Source: a virus
Lineage: Duplodnaviria > Caudoviricetes
DNA: 64,000 nt
Virus record (IMG/VR): IMGVR_UViG_3300028048_000038
Span: 32,001 to 96,000 of that record
Strand: one strand, 5' to 3'
This document shows, in pieces, positions 27,778 through 38,288 of the stretch. Both the position numbers and the translations under genes were made by a program. The notes below the pieces were generated by a model, which was given only the letters and a program-made list of their open reading frames with translations, had not been told where the DNA came from and did no database searches. Position 1 is the stretch's first letter. The number at the start of each line of letters is the position of its first letter.

Positions 27778-28149
27778 TCATATTAATTTGATTAACTTAA
27801 TGATTTTCTTATTGAAAACAAAATTTCTTTCTCTAAGGAGCAGATTAAGTTGTGTACAGTCTTTTATTGTTAATGGTTTAATGGTATTATAGTTCCCTCT
27901 GTATATTGTAACATTGCATACCCAACCACATTTAACCAATTTACTTTTCTCATGTTTATTATATGAATATGGGTGTAATTTTTTTCGTTTGCCATATCCA
28001 GTAACAATAAAGAGAGAAGGGATATAGTAATAACAATAATCTTCCTTCAATATTACTTTTTTTGAAGGACATATTATTACATATTCTCTATCATTTTTAT
28101 ATTGTTTTAGTTTATAGAATTGTCCCTTATTGAGTGTTATCTTGCTCAT
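27778..28149 (-). CDS. hypothetical protein (C-terminal LL...FNKK motif family)
   Basis: LLRERNFVFNKK resembles 28722..29042 and 42155..42541. Confidence 0.65.
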   Translation of the reverse strand: MSKITLNKGQFYKLKQYKNDREYVIICPSKKVILKEDYCYYYIPSLFIVTGYGKRKKLHPYSYNKHEKSKLVKCGWVCNVTIYRGNYNTIKPLTIKDCTQLNLLLRERNFVFNKKIIKLIKLI

Positions 28150-28155
28150 ACGTTA

Positions 28156-28719
28156 TCATTCTGTTGCTGCTGTTAGAATTTCGAAGTCGGTTAATTTATG
28201 TTCCTTACAGTTTTCGTTTATGAATGTATGGAATTTGGTTGAGCATTGTTCAGTTTCTTTTCTGAATTTGATTGCGTCCTTGCATGCTGTTCTTTTATTT
28301 TGGTAGAGTATTGTTTCCATGTGTGTATTATTGTCTCCTTTTATTTTATATTTGACATCTAGCACATGGAATTCGTTTACTTTATCGAAGTTCTCCATGA
28401 ACTCATTGAGTGTGTTTTGTGTGAGTTTTTCAGAGAGCATTGCGATTGGCATCCATAGGTCGTTATCAGCTTCCATGAAGTAGTATCCATTTTCATTGTT
28501 TGTGGTTGCTGTTGTATTTGTTTTAAGTTGGAGTTTCCTAAGTTCTTTAACGTGTGCTTCGATTGATGTTGCGTAATAGAAGTTACGTTTAAGGCCAGTA
28601 ATATAGAAGTTGCCGTAGAGCCTTATTGGTTCTAGTTCTATTCTATCTACGTAGTCATTTGTAAGGTCTGCCACGTTATTAAAGAACGATAGTATTTGAT
28701 GTGTTATATCTATATTCAT
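28156..28719 (-). CDS. hypothetical protein
   Basis: C-terminus DFEILTA resembles DFELLTA of 30293..30700. Confidence 0.7.
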   Translation of the reverse strand: MNIDITHQILSFFNNVADLTNDYVDRIELEPIRLYGNFYITGLKRNFYYATSIEAHVKELRKLQLKTNTTATTNNENGYYFMEADNDLWMPIAMLSEKLTQNTLNEFMENFDKVNEFHVLDVKYKIKGDNNTHMETILYQNKRTACKDAIKFRKETEQCSTKFHTFINENCKEHKLTDFEILTAATE

Positions 28720-28721
28720 GA

Positions 28722-29042
28722 TTATATTTCTTTTTCAATTAATTTTTGTGTTTTCTTATTGAATTTATAACAATTTTGTCTTAACAATTCTGATGCTGAG
28801 AAGTATGCTTGTATATCTAGTTTTGTCACCACGTCTGTGTCTAGTATTCCAAGGCGTTCATCGTTTCCAATATTAAGGAATAGTGATTTCAGCCCCTTGA
28901 CAGAACAAAGTCCATCGAGTCTTTGGATGTGTTTATAGTGTGGTGGCCTTTTGTCTTTGATGATAGCATTTTTATTGACTAGCCATCTCATATTTTTAAT
29001 ATCACGGTGATAAATCAGTTGTAGGTTACATTTTCCAATCAT
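28722..29042 (-). CDS. hypothetical protein (C-terminal LL...FNKK motif family)
   Basis: LLRQNCYKFNKK. Confidence 0.65.
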   Translation of the reverse strand: MIGKCNLQLIYHRDIKNMRWLVNKNAIIKDKRPPHYKHIQRLDGLCSVKGLKSLFLNIGNDERLGILDTDVVTKLDIQAYFSASELLRQNCYKFNKKTQKLIEKEI

Positions 29043-29257
29043 ATTCTATATCCAATAATTCGATAAGGTGTTTCTTTATTGTATTTTTTCCAATTCCTTG
29101 AATGAAGTTGGATTTAACATATTTTGTCACGAAGAATTTCTCTTGATTGAAATCATAGTATCCTTTGAGCATTGTTTGTTTTTTATGTATCAATCTACAG
29201 AAGATTCTATTGCCGCTTTTATTTGAAGCGAAGGCGATTAGTTTAAAGTCGTTATTA

Positions 29258-29596
29258 TTATCCATTTCTCAAGAAGTCGATTACTTGTTTTTCGTAATAT
29301 GATATCCAAGATACCAGCATTGGTTTTTTATCCTCAAAATTTTCCGTTGTGAGGTTATCTAGTGCTACTCTTGAGAATGCAATGATATTCTTATTGATTC
29401 TTCCCAATAGTTCGTTTATAACGGCATTATTGCTTTTATGTAAAGCCTCTTGTGTTATCACGTTATCATGTAGGTGTGCGATGGCTTTTTTCATGAATGC
29501 GACATGTTCCTTAAGGTTATCTCTTGTCAAGTCATTGATTGAGATAATGCAATTTGCCAATACGTCTTGTGTATCTTCTAAGATTTGTTTACTCAT
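29258..29596 (-). CDS. hypothetical protein (start MSKQI)
   Basis: Promoter at 29619. Confidence 0.7.
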   Translation of the reverse strand: MSKQILEDTQDVLANCIISINDLTRDNLKEHVAFMKKAIAHLHDNVITQEALHKSNNAVINELLGRINKNIIAFSRVALDNLTTENFEDKKPMLVSWISYYEKQVIDFLRNG

Positions 29597-29703
29597 AATA
29601 ATGCAATATATTATATAGAGCAAAGATATGGAAAAAATATTTGGGATGCAAGAATGAAAAGTTAAAAAAACAAAAAAGGATGAACATTGTTTTGTTCACC
29701 CTT

Positions 29704-30054
29704 TTATTCAATGGCTTCCATTGCAGCCTCTAGTTCATCCTCTTCATCCACCTTTATTGTGGTTGCTGTTGGTGTTGTAATGTCCTTTGGTGGTTTTCCC
29801 ACCGTATATGTATCTGGAACATTATCCATTGGTTTAACGTTATTCTGTTTGGACAATTTCTTAATCTCCTTGGCTTCTTCCTCTGAAGCCATCTTGATAT
29901 CATCTTGGCGTACATTGAATCGTTTGCCACTAGATACATCTACAACGCTATGTGAGCCATCACTATAAGTGTGCTCATAGATGCCCAAGAAGGGTGCTCC
30001 ACTCCATTTCTTGCAGCTTACATTATCCCCTTTTGTAAAATTACTATTTGCCAT
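29704..30054 (-). CDS. hypothetical protein, SH3/Tudor-like N-terminus
   Basis: FTKGDNV start, beta-rich N-terminus, acidic tail; terminator 29673-29705. Confidence 0.7.
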   Translation of the reverse strand: MANSNFTKGDNVSCKKWSGAPFLGIYEHTYSDGSHSVVDVSSGKRFNVRQDDIKMASEEEAKEIKKLSKQNNVKPMDNVPDTYTVGKPPKDITTPTATTIKVDEEDELEAAMEAIE

Positions 30055-30292
30055 ATCTTATTTTTTAAAATGTTCTTTAATACCTTCAATCTCCCTTGTT
30101 AGTTTGTTAACTAGGTAACGATGGGTTTTGATACTATGTTCTCTCCCATTATGTTTCTTGATGGTCTTGATTTTCTTCTTATGGAAACGGATGCTCTCAC
30201 GTTTAATCCGAATGAGTTTCCTAACTTCCTCTGGATATTGTCTATCTTCCCACCAATCACGGATAAATTCAAACCATTTCATATATTGTTGA

Positions 30293-30700
30293 TTATATTA
30301 TTTCCACATCTGCCGTAAGTAATTCAAAATCAGAGAACACCTTCTTTGGTTGTGGCGTTTCAGCTTCTGTCACCAAGAATTCTGGTTTCAGTTTCGTTTC
30401 CAATTTTGGTGTTTCTGTTTTTTTATTGTTCTTGAGATTAGCTGGTGTTGGGTGTGTAAACATGTATTCGAAGTCATCTTCGATTTTCTTATAGATGGCT
30501 TCGGTTTCTTCTTGTGTTGCTTCTTCTATTCTATCGCCTCTCCATTCGGCAATGAAGTATTGGTCTTTTCCATCCCAGACCAAATGTCCTCCACTTTCTT
30601 TATTGCCAATCATGCCTTGGTAGAGTGCTATGAATTCTCTACCATCAGCTTTTTTGCATCTAACGGCTTTCCAATGGCTAAATGTTATTTTACTACCCAT
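30293..30700 (-). CDS. hypothetical protein
   Basis: Promoter at 30735. Confidence 0.7.
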   Translation of the reverse strand: MGSKITFSHWKAVRCKKADGREFIALYQGMIGNKESGGHLVWDGKDQYFIAEWRGDRIEEATQEETEAIYKKIEDDFEYMFTHPTPANLKNNKKTETPKLETKLKPEFLVTEAETPQPKKVFSDFELLTADVEII

Positions 30701-30792
30701 TTTAATTCTTAATTAATTTAGCAATTCAATTTGGAGCAAATATATGAAAAAAAGTTGAGATAACAAAATATTGTCTCAACTTTTAACAAATA

Positions 30793-31389
30793 TTAATGCA
30801 CATCAACCAATTTGTTGAGTGCTTTAATATATTTGATATTGTTTTTCTTCATGATGTCCCTAATAATTTTATAATGGCTTGGTGTTGGCTTGTAGAAGTC
30901 ATAACCATATATATTGCCCCAATTTCCACCAATCTTTGAACAATAGCATTCTCTAGTATCCAAGTTATATGAGATATGGCGTACCACACGAAGTTCATCA
31001 AAACTATTTACCTCAACATGGCTTATGAGGACAAGCCAATCTCTTCTATTGGGTACATTTGCCTTGGCGTACACCAAGATGCCTTTTGTCTGCCTATCAA
31101 TTGTGATTGGTTCTAAGTTAACCAACTTTCCAAATTTGCCTTTGGCTTTACTTGGTTTATCGGTTTCTCTCCATAATAGGATGTCATCGAAGTCCACAAC
31201 GTCATCAGAGTCATAGAAGTCATAATATGTATTGACACTGCCATTATAGCCTTCATCGGCATAGGATACGACAATTCTTTCTCTCATATCCTTCATGATG
31301 ACAGCGTAATATGTTGAAGTCCAATCAACGTGTTCGTTGAATAGGTCTTTCTCGCTCTGTTTATTCCAAATTACTTTTTTATCATCCAT
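30793..31389 (-). CDS. hypothetical protein
   Basis: 198-aa ORF. Confidence 0.7.
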   Translation of the reverse strand: MDDKKVIWNKQSEKDLFNEHVDWTSTYYAVIMKDMRERIVVSYADEGYNGSVNTYYDFYDSDDVVDFDDILLWRETDKPSKAKGKFGKLVNLEPITIDRQTKGILVYAKANVPNRRDWLVLISHVEVNSFDELRVVRHISYNLDTRECYCSKIGGNWGNIYGYDFYKPTPSHYKIIRDIMKKNNIKYIKALNKLVDVH

Positions 31390-31391
31390 AA

Positions 31392-31787
31392 TTACAGCAT
31401 CTTTAATTCATGCAACTTCAATACCATTTTATAACAAGCATCAACAAGACACTCACCTTCAGTCAGTAAGTATATTTTACCTTTGGTTTTTACAGCAAAT
31501 TGCCTATAAAAACAATATGATTTATCTGAATCTGGTAAAAGATATAATTCTTTTCTTTTCGGGGTTGAATCAAAAAGTCTTGATGGCAAAACACTAATCA
31601 ATGCTGAAAGACTCCAACAAGGAACGCTTTCATCAGGATTACATACAGGTTTACAGAACATTGGAAAATCACCATAATGTCCATTTGACAATGGACTTGA
31701 ATACCAAGCCCACCACATATCCGCACTTCCAATTGGCAGTATCTCTGCCAACTTCTTTGACTGTTCTAAATCTGTATAATTTTTCAT
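31392..31787 (-). CDS. hypothetical phage protein
   Basis: YTDLEQSKKL...SADM...PCWSLSALI..LP pattern typical of Bacteroidales phage small genes. Confidence 0.7.
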   Translation of the reverse strand: MKNYTDLEQSKKLAEILPIGSADMWWAWYSSPLSNGHYGDFPMFCKPVCNPDESVPCWSLSALISVLPSRLFDSTPKRKELYLLPDSDKSYCFYRQFAVKTKGKIYLLTEGECLVDACYKMVLKLHELKML

Positions 31788-32068
31788 TTTCTTTTATTTT
31801 TGTATATTTTATCTCCAATCTTAAATGACAATTTCATCAAACATATCGTTAATATTGGATATATTACTGCGCTATCTATTGTAATTAAGATTGTCATTAG
31901 CATACCTTTTGTAAGAGTAAAACATAAATAGAATAGCAACACATAGATTATGCTTGATACAATAAAGCCACAAGCGCCAGCTAAACATCCCACCATTTCT
32001 TCGTTATCATGTGGAGTTAAATCTGGAATATCATTTGGTTGATAAGATGCCCAAGGATTGATAAACAT
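31784..32068 (-). CDS. hypothetical membrane protein (2 TM)
   Basis: Two hydrophobic stretches. Confidence 0.65.
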   Translation of the reverse strand: MFINPWASYQPNDIPDLTPHDNEEMVGCLAGACGFIVSSIIYVLLFYLCFTLTKGMLMTILITIDSAVIYPILTICLMKLSFKIGDKIYKNKRK

Positions 32069-32505
32069 AATATATTATTCCTCAATTTTTCTTAAAATAC
32101 GATTGAACTCTTCTTCAGAATATTGAATGCCATCAATGATATGATTAGTACTGTCAATTTGATAACATTGTGTTTTCCCATATTCGTCTCCGCCTATCAA
32201 TATCATAATTATTTAAATAATAAAATCATTAATATTGCGATTAACACTACAATTACTACTCCTAATGGTTTAAATTCTCCCATAATCATTATTCATTTTC
32301 GTTTCTCCATAAAGTATTCTCCATTTTATCTGAGTGAGAAAACTCTATGATTTCACTAATGTTATCACATTTATACATGTTCAAAACGCTTGTGTCTATT
32401 TTACCGTTACTAACATCTTCTACTAAGCCAAGCAAAGTTTTATATGGGGTTAATAGATTTCTAAGATGTGCTCCTAATGTTTCTGTTGCCATAGTTATTT
32501 CTCCT

Positions 32506-32769
32506 TTAATTACCAACTCTTTCAACAGTTATCACTAAGGTATCCCCAATATTAAAATCTGTGGTATCACTATAAGAATAATCATACCAGTCCATACCAC
32601 CTACTTTAATAAGATTATAAGTGAACTCTTTAGGCTTTTTACTTTTTAATGTCACTACATATTTTGTTCCATTAACAATATCCAAACCTTCTAATGCCAT
32701 ATTATTGCCACACCCTACCATCATCAAGGCTGTAAGTGATAATAATATAAGTTTCTTAATTGTTGTCAT
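32506..32769 (-). CDS. putative lipoprotein
   Basis: KK, hydrophobic core, MVG-C lipobox. Confidence 0.65.
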   Translation of the reverse strand: MTTIKKLILLSLTALMMVGCGNNMALEGLDIVNGTKYVVTLKSKKPKEFTYNLIKVGGMDWYDYSYSDTTDFNIGDTLVITVERVGN

Positions 32770-32787
32770 AGTTATTTCTCTTTTTTA

Positions 32788-33135
32788 TTACCAACAAATG
32801 CTTTCTTGATATGGATGTGTAAAGAGTTCATCATCCCAAAACGGATAGTAACCTCCACAAGCATACCTACCATTATTTCCCTCTTTATATTTTATGATAT
32901 AGGTAACCATACCAAAGATAGGTTTATCTTCTTCATCCAAGAATATGCGGATTCTATCCGCTTTCAAAGACTGTCTATCATAAAGTTCATCAAAGGAATC
33001 TTTATGCGAAGTTTCTGCTTCTTGAATAATGAGCTTAATATCACGCTTTATTGCATAACTACAATCATACGTTTTGCCATCATATTCAAAGTAATTTCCA
33101 TTAATGGGATATTCTTCTTTCTTAATTGTTGCCAT
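32788..33135 (-). CDS. hypothetical protein
   Basis: ORF in operon. Confidence 0.65.
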   Translation of the reverse strand: MATIKKEEYPINGNYFEYDGKTYDCSYAIKRDIKLIIQEAETSHKDSFDELYDRQSLKADRIRIFLDEEDKPIFGMVTYIIKYKEGNNGRYACGGYYPFWDDELFTHPYQESICW

Positions 33136-33422
33136 AATTGATTATTTTTTAAAATGTCTTTTATTAAACTCAGATGCTATAAGTTGGTATAGTTGATGTT
33201 TTGAACAGTCTGGCTCAGATGTTTTATATTCTTCAATTAAGTATTCTAACTCCTCTATATCATTTGAATTTAATTTAGCATCATCAGTTTTTACATATTC
33301 AATGCATTTTACTTTATCTGGAACATATTTAGATTCATCAATTGGCTTATCACTAAATCTTTGCCACACCCCAAAGATTCCCATTTTAGTGATTATTCTA
33401 TATATTTTATCCATAGTTATTT

Positions 33423-33770
33423 CTATTTTATATTATACATATCTTTTGGTGCTTCAATCGCAAGACCTTTAGAAATCAATCCACGATAGTCAAAGTGATG
33501 TTTATTAAGCCAATCAATATATTCTTCTGGATATTCAACACCATCATAGTTAAAGAATGCTTGATATTCTTCCTTCTCTTCCTCTGTCATTGAAGACAAA
33601 GGACGGAGATAGGGTATATCATCCCAGTCATCGTCGAACATTGCATCATTTAAATCCTCACAAGTTAGTGGATAAAATGTTTTACGTAACTTCTTATTAG
33701 TCATAAAAACCCCATACGGCAATCTTGCTGAAAGGTCTTTCAGCAATAATTCTTTATTTTCTTGCGCCAT
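33423..33770 (-). CDS. hypothetical phage protein
   Basis: LLLKDLSARLPYGV...PYLRPLSSMTEEE...HFDYRGLI pattern; start MAQEN. Confidence 0.7.
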   Translation of the reverse strand: MAQENKELLLKDLSARLPYGVFMTNKKLRKTFYPLTCEDLNDAMFDDDWDDIPYLRPLSSMTEEEKEEYQAFFNYDGVEYPEEYIDWLNKHHFDYRGLISKGLAIEAPKDMYNIK

Positions 33771-34078
33771 AGTTATTTCTTTTTTAATTCTCACTCTCTG
33801 ATACTTTCAATCATTGTTATTCTCCTTTCTGTGTTTTTAATTGCTTAATCCTAATGTCTTGGAATTGATACAACTGCTCATAGATTCGTTCATTACGATT
33901 CATACAAGTATCAAGTTTCTCTCGCCATAGTTTTGAAAGCTCAACCCATTTTTTTTCACTCTGTTTATAGTTTCTTATCTGATAATTCTGAATACCTATT
34001 ATGGCAATCAGAAAAAGAAACAGTAACCACTTTCCAGTGGCTACAAAAGGCTTGACAAAATCTTTTCCAATGTCCATA

Positions 34079-34408
34079 TTAAAATTCTCCTTTCTGTGCT
34101 ACTTTAAGACCAAGTTCAAAAAAATGTTTAGCAGTTTTTTCCACAATTTCCATTGCTTTTGGTAATGGTGTTATTCCAACTCCTTCTGGAAATGCTTCAC
34201 ATCCTTGCCAGTAGTTAATTTCTTTCTCCAAGTCCACCTCTTTCGCAACAAGGGTTTCGATGATACCAAGAGTCTTTTCTATTGCCAAATCAAAACCATA
34301 GATTCCTCCCTGAATATACTCACTTATGGATTTGCTATTTGGCTTGTTTTCTTCTTTTAGTTTCTTAATCTCCGCTACTAAAGCGGATTTTGATATGTAC
34401 TGTTCCAT
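34079..34408 (-). CDS. hypothetical phage protein
   Basis: YISKSALVAEI...KEVDLEKE...AKHFFELG pattern. Confidence 0.7.
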   Translation of the reverse strand: MEQYISKSALVAEIKKLKEENKPNSKSISEYIQGGIYGFDLAIEKTLGIIETLVAKEVDLEKEINYWQGCEAFPEGVGITPLPKAMEIVEKTAKHFFELGLKVAQKGEF

Positions 34409-34410
34409 AA

Positions 34411-34701
34411 TTACTCTTCTTTCATATAGTTTTTAAATTCAATAATCATCAGAGGAGTCATTCCTCTAAACCCATGAACCTTTATATTTTCATTCCATTT
34501 TTTGATGTTTTCTTCAATCCACCTACTTGCTTTTTCAATAAAGGCATCAGTGCGGACATATTCAATATTTTCTTGTCCAGACTCAGGCTCTTCTGTCCAG
34601 ACATCATCGAAAAACATCTTGCTTTTGTCAAATTTTGCCTCTTCTTTACTAAGGTTAAAAGATTGAATATAAATCTTCTCTGGTGCTTCGTTTGCTTTCA
34701 T
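34411..34701 (-). CDS. hypothetical phage protein
   Basis: MKANEAPEKIY...IEYVRTDAFIEKA pattern. Confidence 0.7.
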   Translation of the reverse strand: MKANEAPEKIYIQSFNLSKEEAKFDKSKMFFDDVWTEEPESGQENIEYVRTDAFIEKASRWIEENIKKWNENIKVHGFRGMTPLMIIEFKNYMKEE

Positions 34702-34704
34702 ACC

Positions 34705-35946
34705 TTACTCCTCCCTTAGTTTCTTTAATTGTTCTAACAACTCTCTTAGACAATCTTGGTACTCGCTATAAGCACAATTTTCTGTTGCTGACTCAAGTGC
34801 TTCTATCTGCTCATTACTCGGCTTCCACTGTGCCTGAGGTCTGAGGGATTTAAGTTTATTGTACAACCAATTTCTTGCTTTATCTAAGTTTTCTTGTCCG
34901 TTAGTATTGCTTTTATCTTCACGAAGCCTATAATAGCAATCAAGAGCTACACAAATATATGAAGCATTTCTTTCATCCTCTTTACTCCACTTTTGCTGTG
35001 GCAGTACTCTGTCTTTGAGTGATTTAAACCAATTATAAATTTCAAATTCACCACTATCCTTACCACCATTACTGACAGAGTTCTCGATGTGCCATAGTGC
35101 GGAAATAAACAATCTTTCATCTTCCTCAGACCACTCTTGCTTTTGTTCAATCTTCTTCAATTCTTTCTTCTCAAAGTCGAAAGTATATCCAGCATCAGAC
35201 ATTGCTTTCATCAGAGCATCACGCTGTTCTTTGGTGGCTGGCTGAAAAGCCTCCTTATTTTGTAAGGTATCTACATAAAAAATTGGATTAAACCCCAAAT
35301 AATGATATGTCAAATAACATTTAATATTCAATCCATCAATTTCTTTGAATATAACATAGCATTCGTGAGCTGCAAGCACATCACCATCCTTTGCATCTTG
35401 GATGGTCCAAAGATGACCTTTATTATCAACATCTATAATGTTATAAAGACCACCATCAGTAAAATGATAATTTCCAAAAGAAACAGTTTTTATATGTTTT
35501 ACTTGATTATCAGGGGTAATAATCCAATCACCTACCTTAAACTTTGAAAAAGACTTCTGCTCACCTTGCTTTTTAGGTTCAGCGTATTTATCGAGAATTT
35601 CTTGCTTGCCCTCACGATAGCCTCTCCAGTACTCTTTATTGGAACTATTTATTTGCTCTCCTTGCTTTTCAAGCCAAGCAATATATCTATCACATTGTTC
35701 CACGTTTCTTGTAAGTGTGGGGAAATCATGTGGGCGACCAATATTGTTAGTGTCCTTCCAATTTTTAATAAACTGTATAAGTTCTTTCCTTATCTTTTCA
35801 TCCTCTGGTTCTGCAAGTTCTGAAAAGAATTTCTCTAAATCATTTTTGTCATACATAATAACTTGAAAAGTTTTAAATTTAGATTTTATTTCCTCAAGAA
35901 ACTTATCATAAGCTTTTGCTTTTTCTTCTATACTAAGTTCTTTCAT
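34705..35946 (-). CDS. mosaic repeat-rich hypothetical phage protein
   Basis: Internal repeats KQGEQ, WSEEDER/WSKEDER, LKSL/FKSL; start MKELS. Confidence 0.75.
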   Translation of the reverse strand: MKELSIEEKAKAYDKFLEEIKSKFKTFQVIMYDKNDLEKFFSELAEPEDEKIRKELIQFIKNWKDTNNIGRPHDFPTLTRNVEQCDRYIAWLEKQGEQINSSNKEYWRGYREGKQEILDKYAEPKKQGEQKSFSKFKVGDWIITPDNQVKHIKTVSFGNYHFTDGGLYNIIDVDNKGHLWTIQDAKDGDVLAAHECYVIFKEIDGLNIKCYLTYHYLGFNPIFYVDTLQNKEAFQPATKEQRDALMKAMSDAGYTFDFEKKELKKIEQKQEWSEEDERLFISALWHIENSVSNGGKDSGEFEIYNWFKSLKDRVLPQQKWSKEDERNASYICVALDCYYRLREDKSNTNGQENLDKARNWLYNKLKSLRPQAQWKPSNEQIEALESATENCAYSEYQDCLRELLEQLKKLREE

Positions 35947-36210
35947 GTTGTATTTTCTTCTATAATTTGTTTTGATACCTTCCCTTAAGGAGTGAAATAT
36001 CATTATTTATTGTTCTTACATTTTGCTCTAACATAATCTGTTTGTCAAGCAATCTACCTCCCAATATTCCATGCTCTGCAAGATGGTTAATCTTGTTAAG
36101 TTCTGCTTGCAATTCTTTTAAGTGTTCTTGCTTATTCTTTATTTTCACGACTAATTCATCATGTTTCTTTTGGAAAAATACATTACGAATGCGATATAAA
36201 ATACCTTTAC

Positions 36211-36576
36211 TCATAGCTCATCTTTCTTAATAACTAACAATTTATCACTCTCTTTACAACCTTTAATCCAAAGTTTGTCATATAAACTCGAAGGCAATGA
36301 AACATTGAAAGTTGTTTCGATAGCCTTTGCTATCATCTGTTCTTTCTGCCACTTAGAACCCTCACGAAAGCCGTGTTCAAATGTAAGCAAAGATGTGTTA
36401 CTTGTTAATAGTTTAATATTTTTAATGGTTTCTTCTAAATTATCGCCTACAAGCTCATTTGGAAGTGAGTCCATGAAAGCAAACAAGTCGTTTGCCATTT
36501 CTCTATCATAGCCTCTAACATCTACAAGCCTATGTATTTCTGCTCTTATGGCATCTAATTTCTCTTTGTCTGTCAT
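36211..36576 (-). CDS. hypothetical protein
   Basis: AAGGAG leader; promoter 36608. Confidence 0.7.
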   Translation of the reverse strand: MTDKEKLDAIRAEIHRLVDVRGYDREMANDLFAFMDSLPNELVGDNLEETIKNIKLLTSNTSLLTFEHGFREGSKWQKEQMIAKAIETTFNVSLPSSLYDKLWIKGCKESDKLLVIKKDEL

Positions 36577-37544
36577 ATTTTCAATCTCCTTTCTATTTAT
36601 TTTTGGTGCAAATATACGAAAAAAACTTGAGATAACAAAATATTACCTCAAGTTTTAACATTAATTATAAGTGATTAGCCACCTTGAATATACATTAACC
36701 CTTCTCTGTTGAACATATCGACTGCATTGTTGGCATAGTTATTTAAATTTTGAATTCAATCCTTTTTCATAGAAATACTTATATGCACATTTGTCTGGTA
36801 AATACATACCATCACTAGATATAAATTCATTGAATAGTTTGTTAAATTCAATCTCTTGTTCTTTTGTCATAGTCACTGTTTTTTAATTCTGTTGGTATGA
36901 ATGGTTTTCCTTCTTCTCTACGTAAAGTGATTCCTAAAATATCATAGTCATCTACTAAGTTAAGTGGGTCAAACCTTTTATGAAATTTATATTTAAAATT
37001 ATCTGCCAACTTAATATATTCCAACCAATTTTCTTTAGTTGAATTATTGAAATAATTTAAATATGCTTCATATACTTTAGCACGTTCTTGTAAACAATAT
37101 TTTGTCATATTTTTTGTAATCCATATCTTAATTGCCTTTATATGGTTTGAAATATTCTCTAGCATCATGGAAGAATGTCATTTCATTTCCATTGTCGTTT
37201 CTGAGATATCCGTCTTTATGACAGTAGTATTTCTTGCCAACGGTAAACTGAACGATGTGCATAACATTGTCCATGCCATCAACTTTAAAGATGGTGTTAT
37301 AACAAACGTAGTGTTTGCCCTTTTTAAGATTAAGTTTCTTATCCATAGTATTTTATTGGTCTTTCATTTCCTCATATGTTTCCTCATCATAGCCAAAGAA
37401 TCCAAGTGGGTCTTCCATTGGCTTTCCAGCTATATGTTCATAAGCTTCTTTAGCTGCGTTTATGCAATCTTCTATTGTTGCTCCCATATCGAAGAACTTA
37501 TGATATTCATAGTCTGCTGCTTTTTCTGCTGCAATTAAAGTTGA

Positions 37545-37620
37545 TTTATCCATATTATCTATTTTTGCTGTAAATATACGAAAAAAAATTGAGTTGACCA
37601 AATATCAACACAACTTTTAA
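37545..37620 (-). repeat. promoter/terminator/leader cassette, near-identical copy at 39400-39476
   Basis: About 75-bp repeat with about 4 substitutions; includes the ATG GAT AAA start of two otherwise unrelated genes. Confidence 0.85.
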
Positions 37621-37831
37621 CATTATTTAGTTCATGTTAACTAGTTTTTTTAATTTTTTCTCTGCTTCTTTCTTGTTATCATAACTGTGTATGGTTTTCC
37701 ATTTGTTCCACCAATGTTTTTTGGCTTCTATCACCCAATGGTCACATCCACCCATATTCAAAAATGAAAACGGAGTGAAAAATAGCAAAGATGAATCTAT
37801 ATACCTTATTCTATATTTCATATCTTTATTA

Positions 37832-38284
37832 TTAGCAAAAATTACAGTCATCTTCTACATATGTTTCTTCTTCAAGAATCAGTTTCTCACTCACAATCTC
37901 ACCAACTTGGTTTTCCCAATATGCAGTGCCCTTGGGTATTGTGCATTCCATTACTGCTATCTTATGGTTTCCACCATACCTGCCATTATTTTGATATACG
38001 GTCTGACCACCTAGATGTCTAAGGCTTCTAACCTTTATATCTCCACCGCATAGCTGTTTCATTTCAATGTCCCAAGCATAGGAATGGAAACCAGCCTCAA
38101 TAACAATCCCATATTTGCTTCCGTCTCTTGGGGTTACTTTGGTGCTGTATTCCTTATCTAGTTCATATTCGAACCATTCTTGGTAATATCCATAATAGCT
38201 TCCATTGAACTTATCGACAATCTTTCTTGTCTTGATGTCCTCAGTTGCTATCTTCTTATCATCTACTTTACCTACCCAACACAT
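37832..38284 (-). CDS. hypothetical phage protein
   Basis: MCW...IATEDI...GFHSY...CTIPKGT.Y...GEIVS pattern. Confidence 0.75.
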   Translation of the reverse strand: MCWVGKVDDKKIATEDIKTRKIVDKFNGSYYGYYQEWFEYELDKEYSTKVTPRDGSKYGIVIEAGFHSYAWDIEMKQLCGGDIKVRSLRHLGGQTVYQNNGRYGGNHKIAVMECTIPKGTAYWENQVGEIVSEKLILEEETYVEDDCNFC

Positions 38285-38288
38285 ATGA

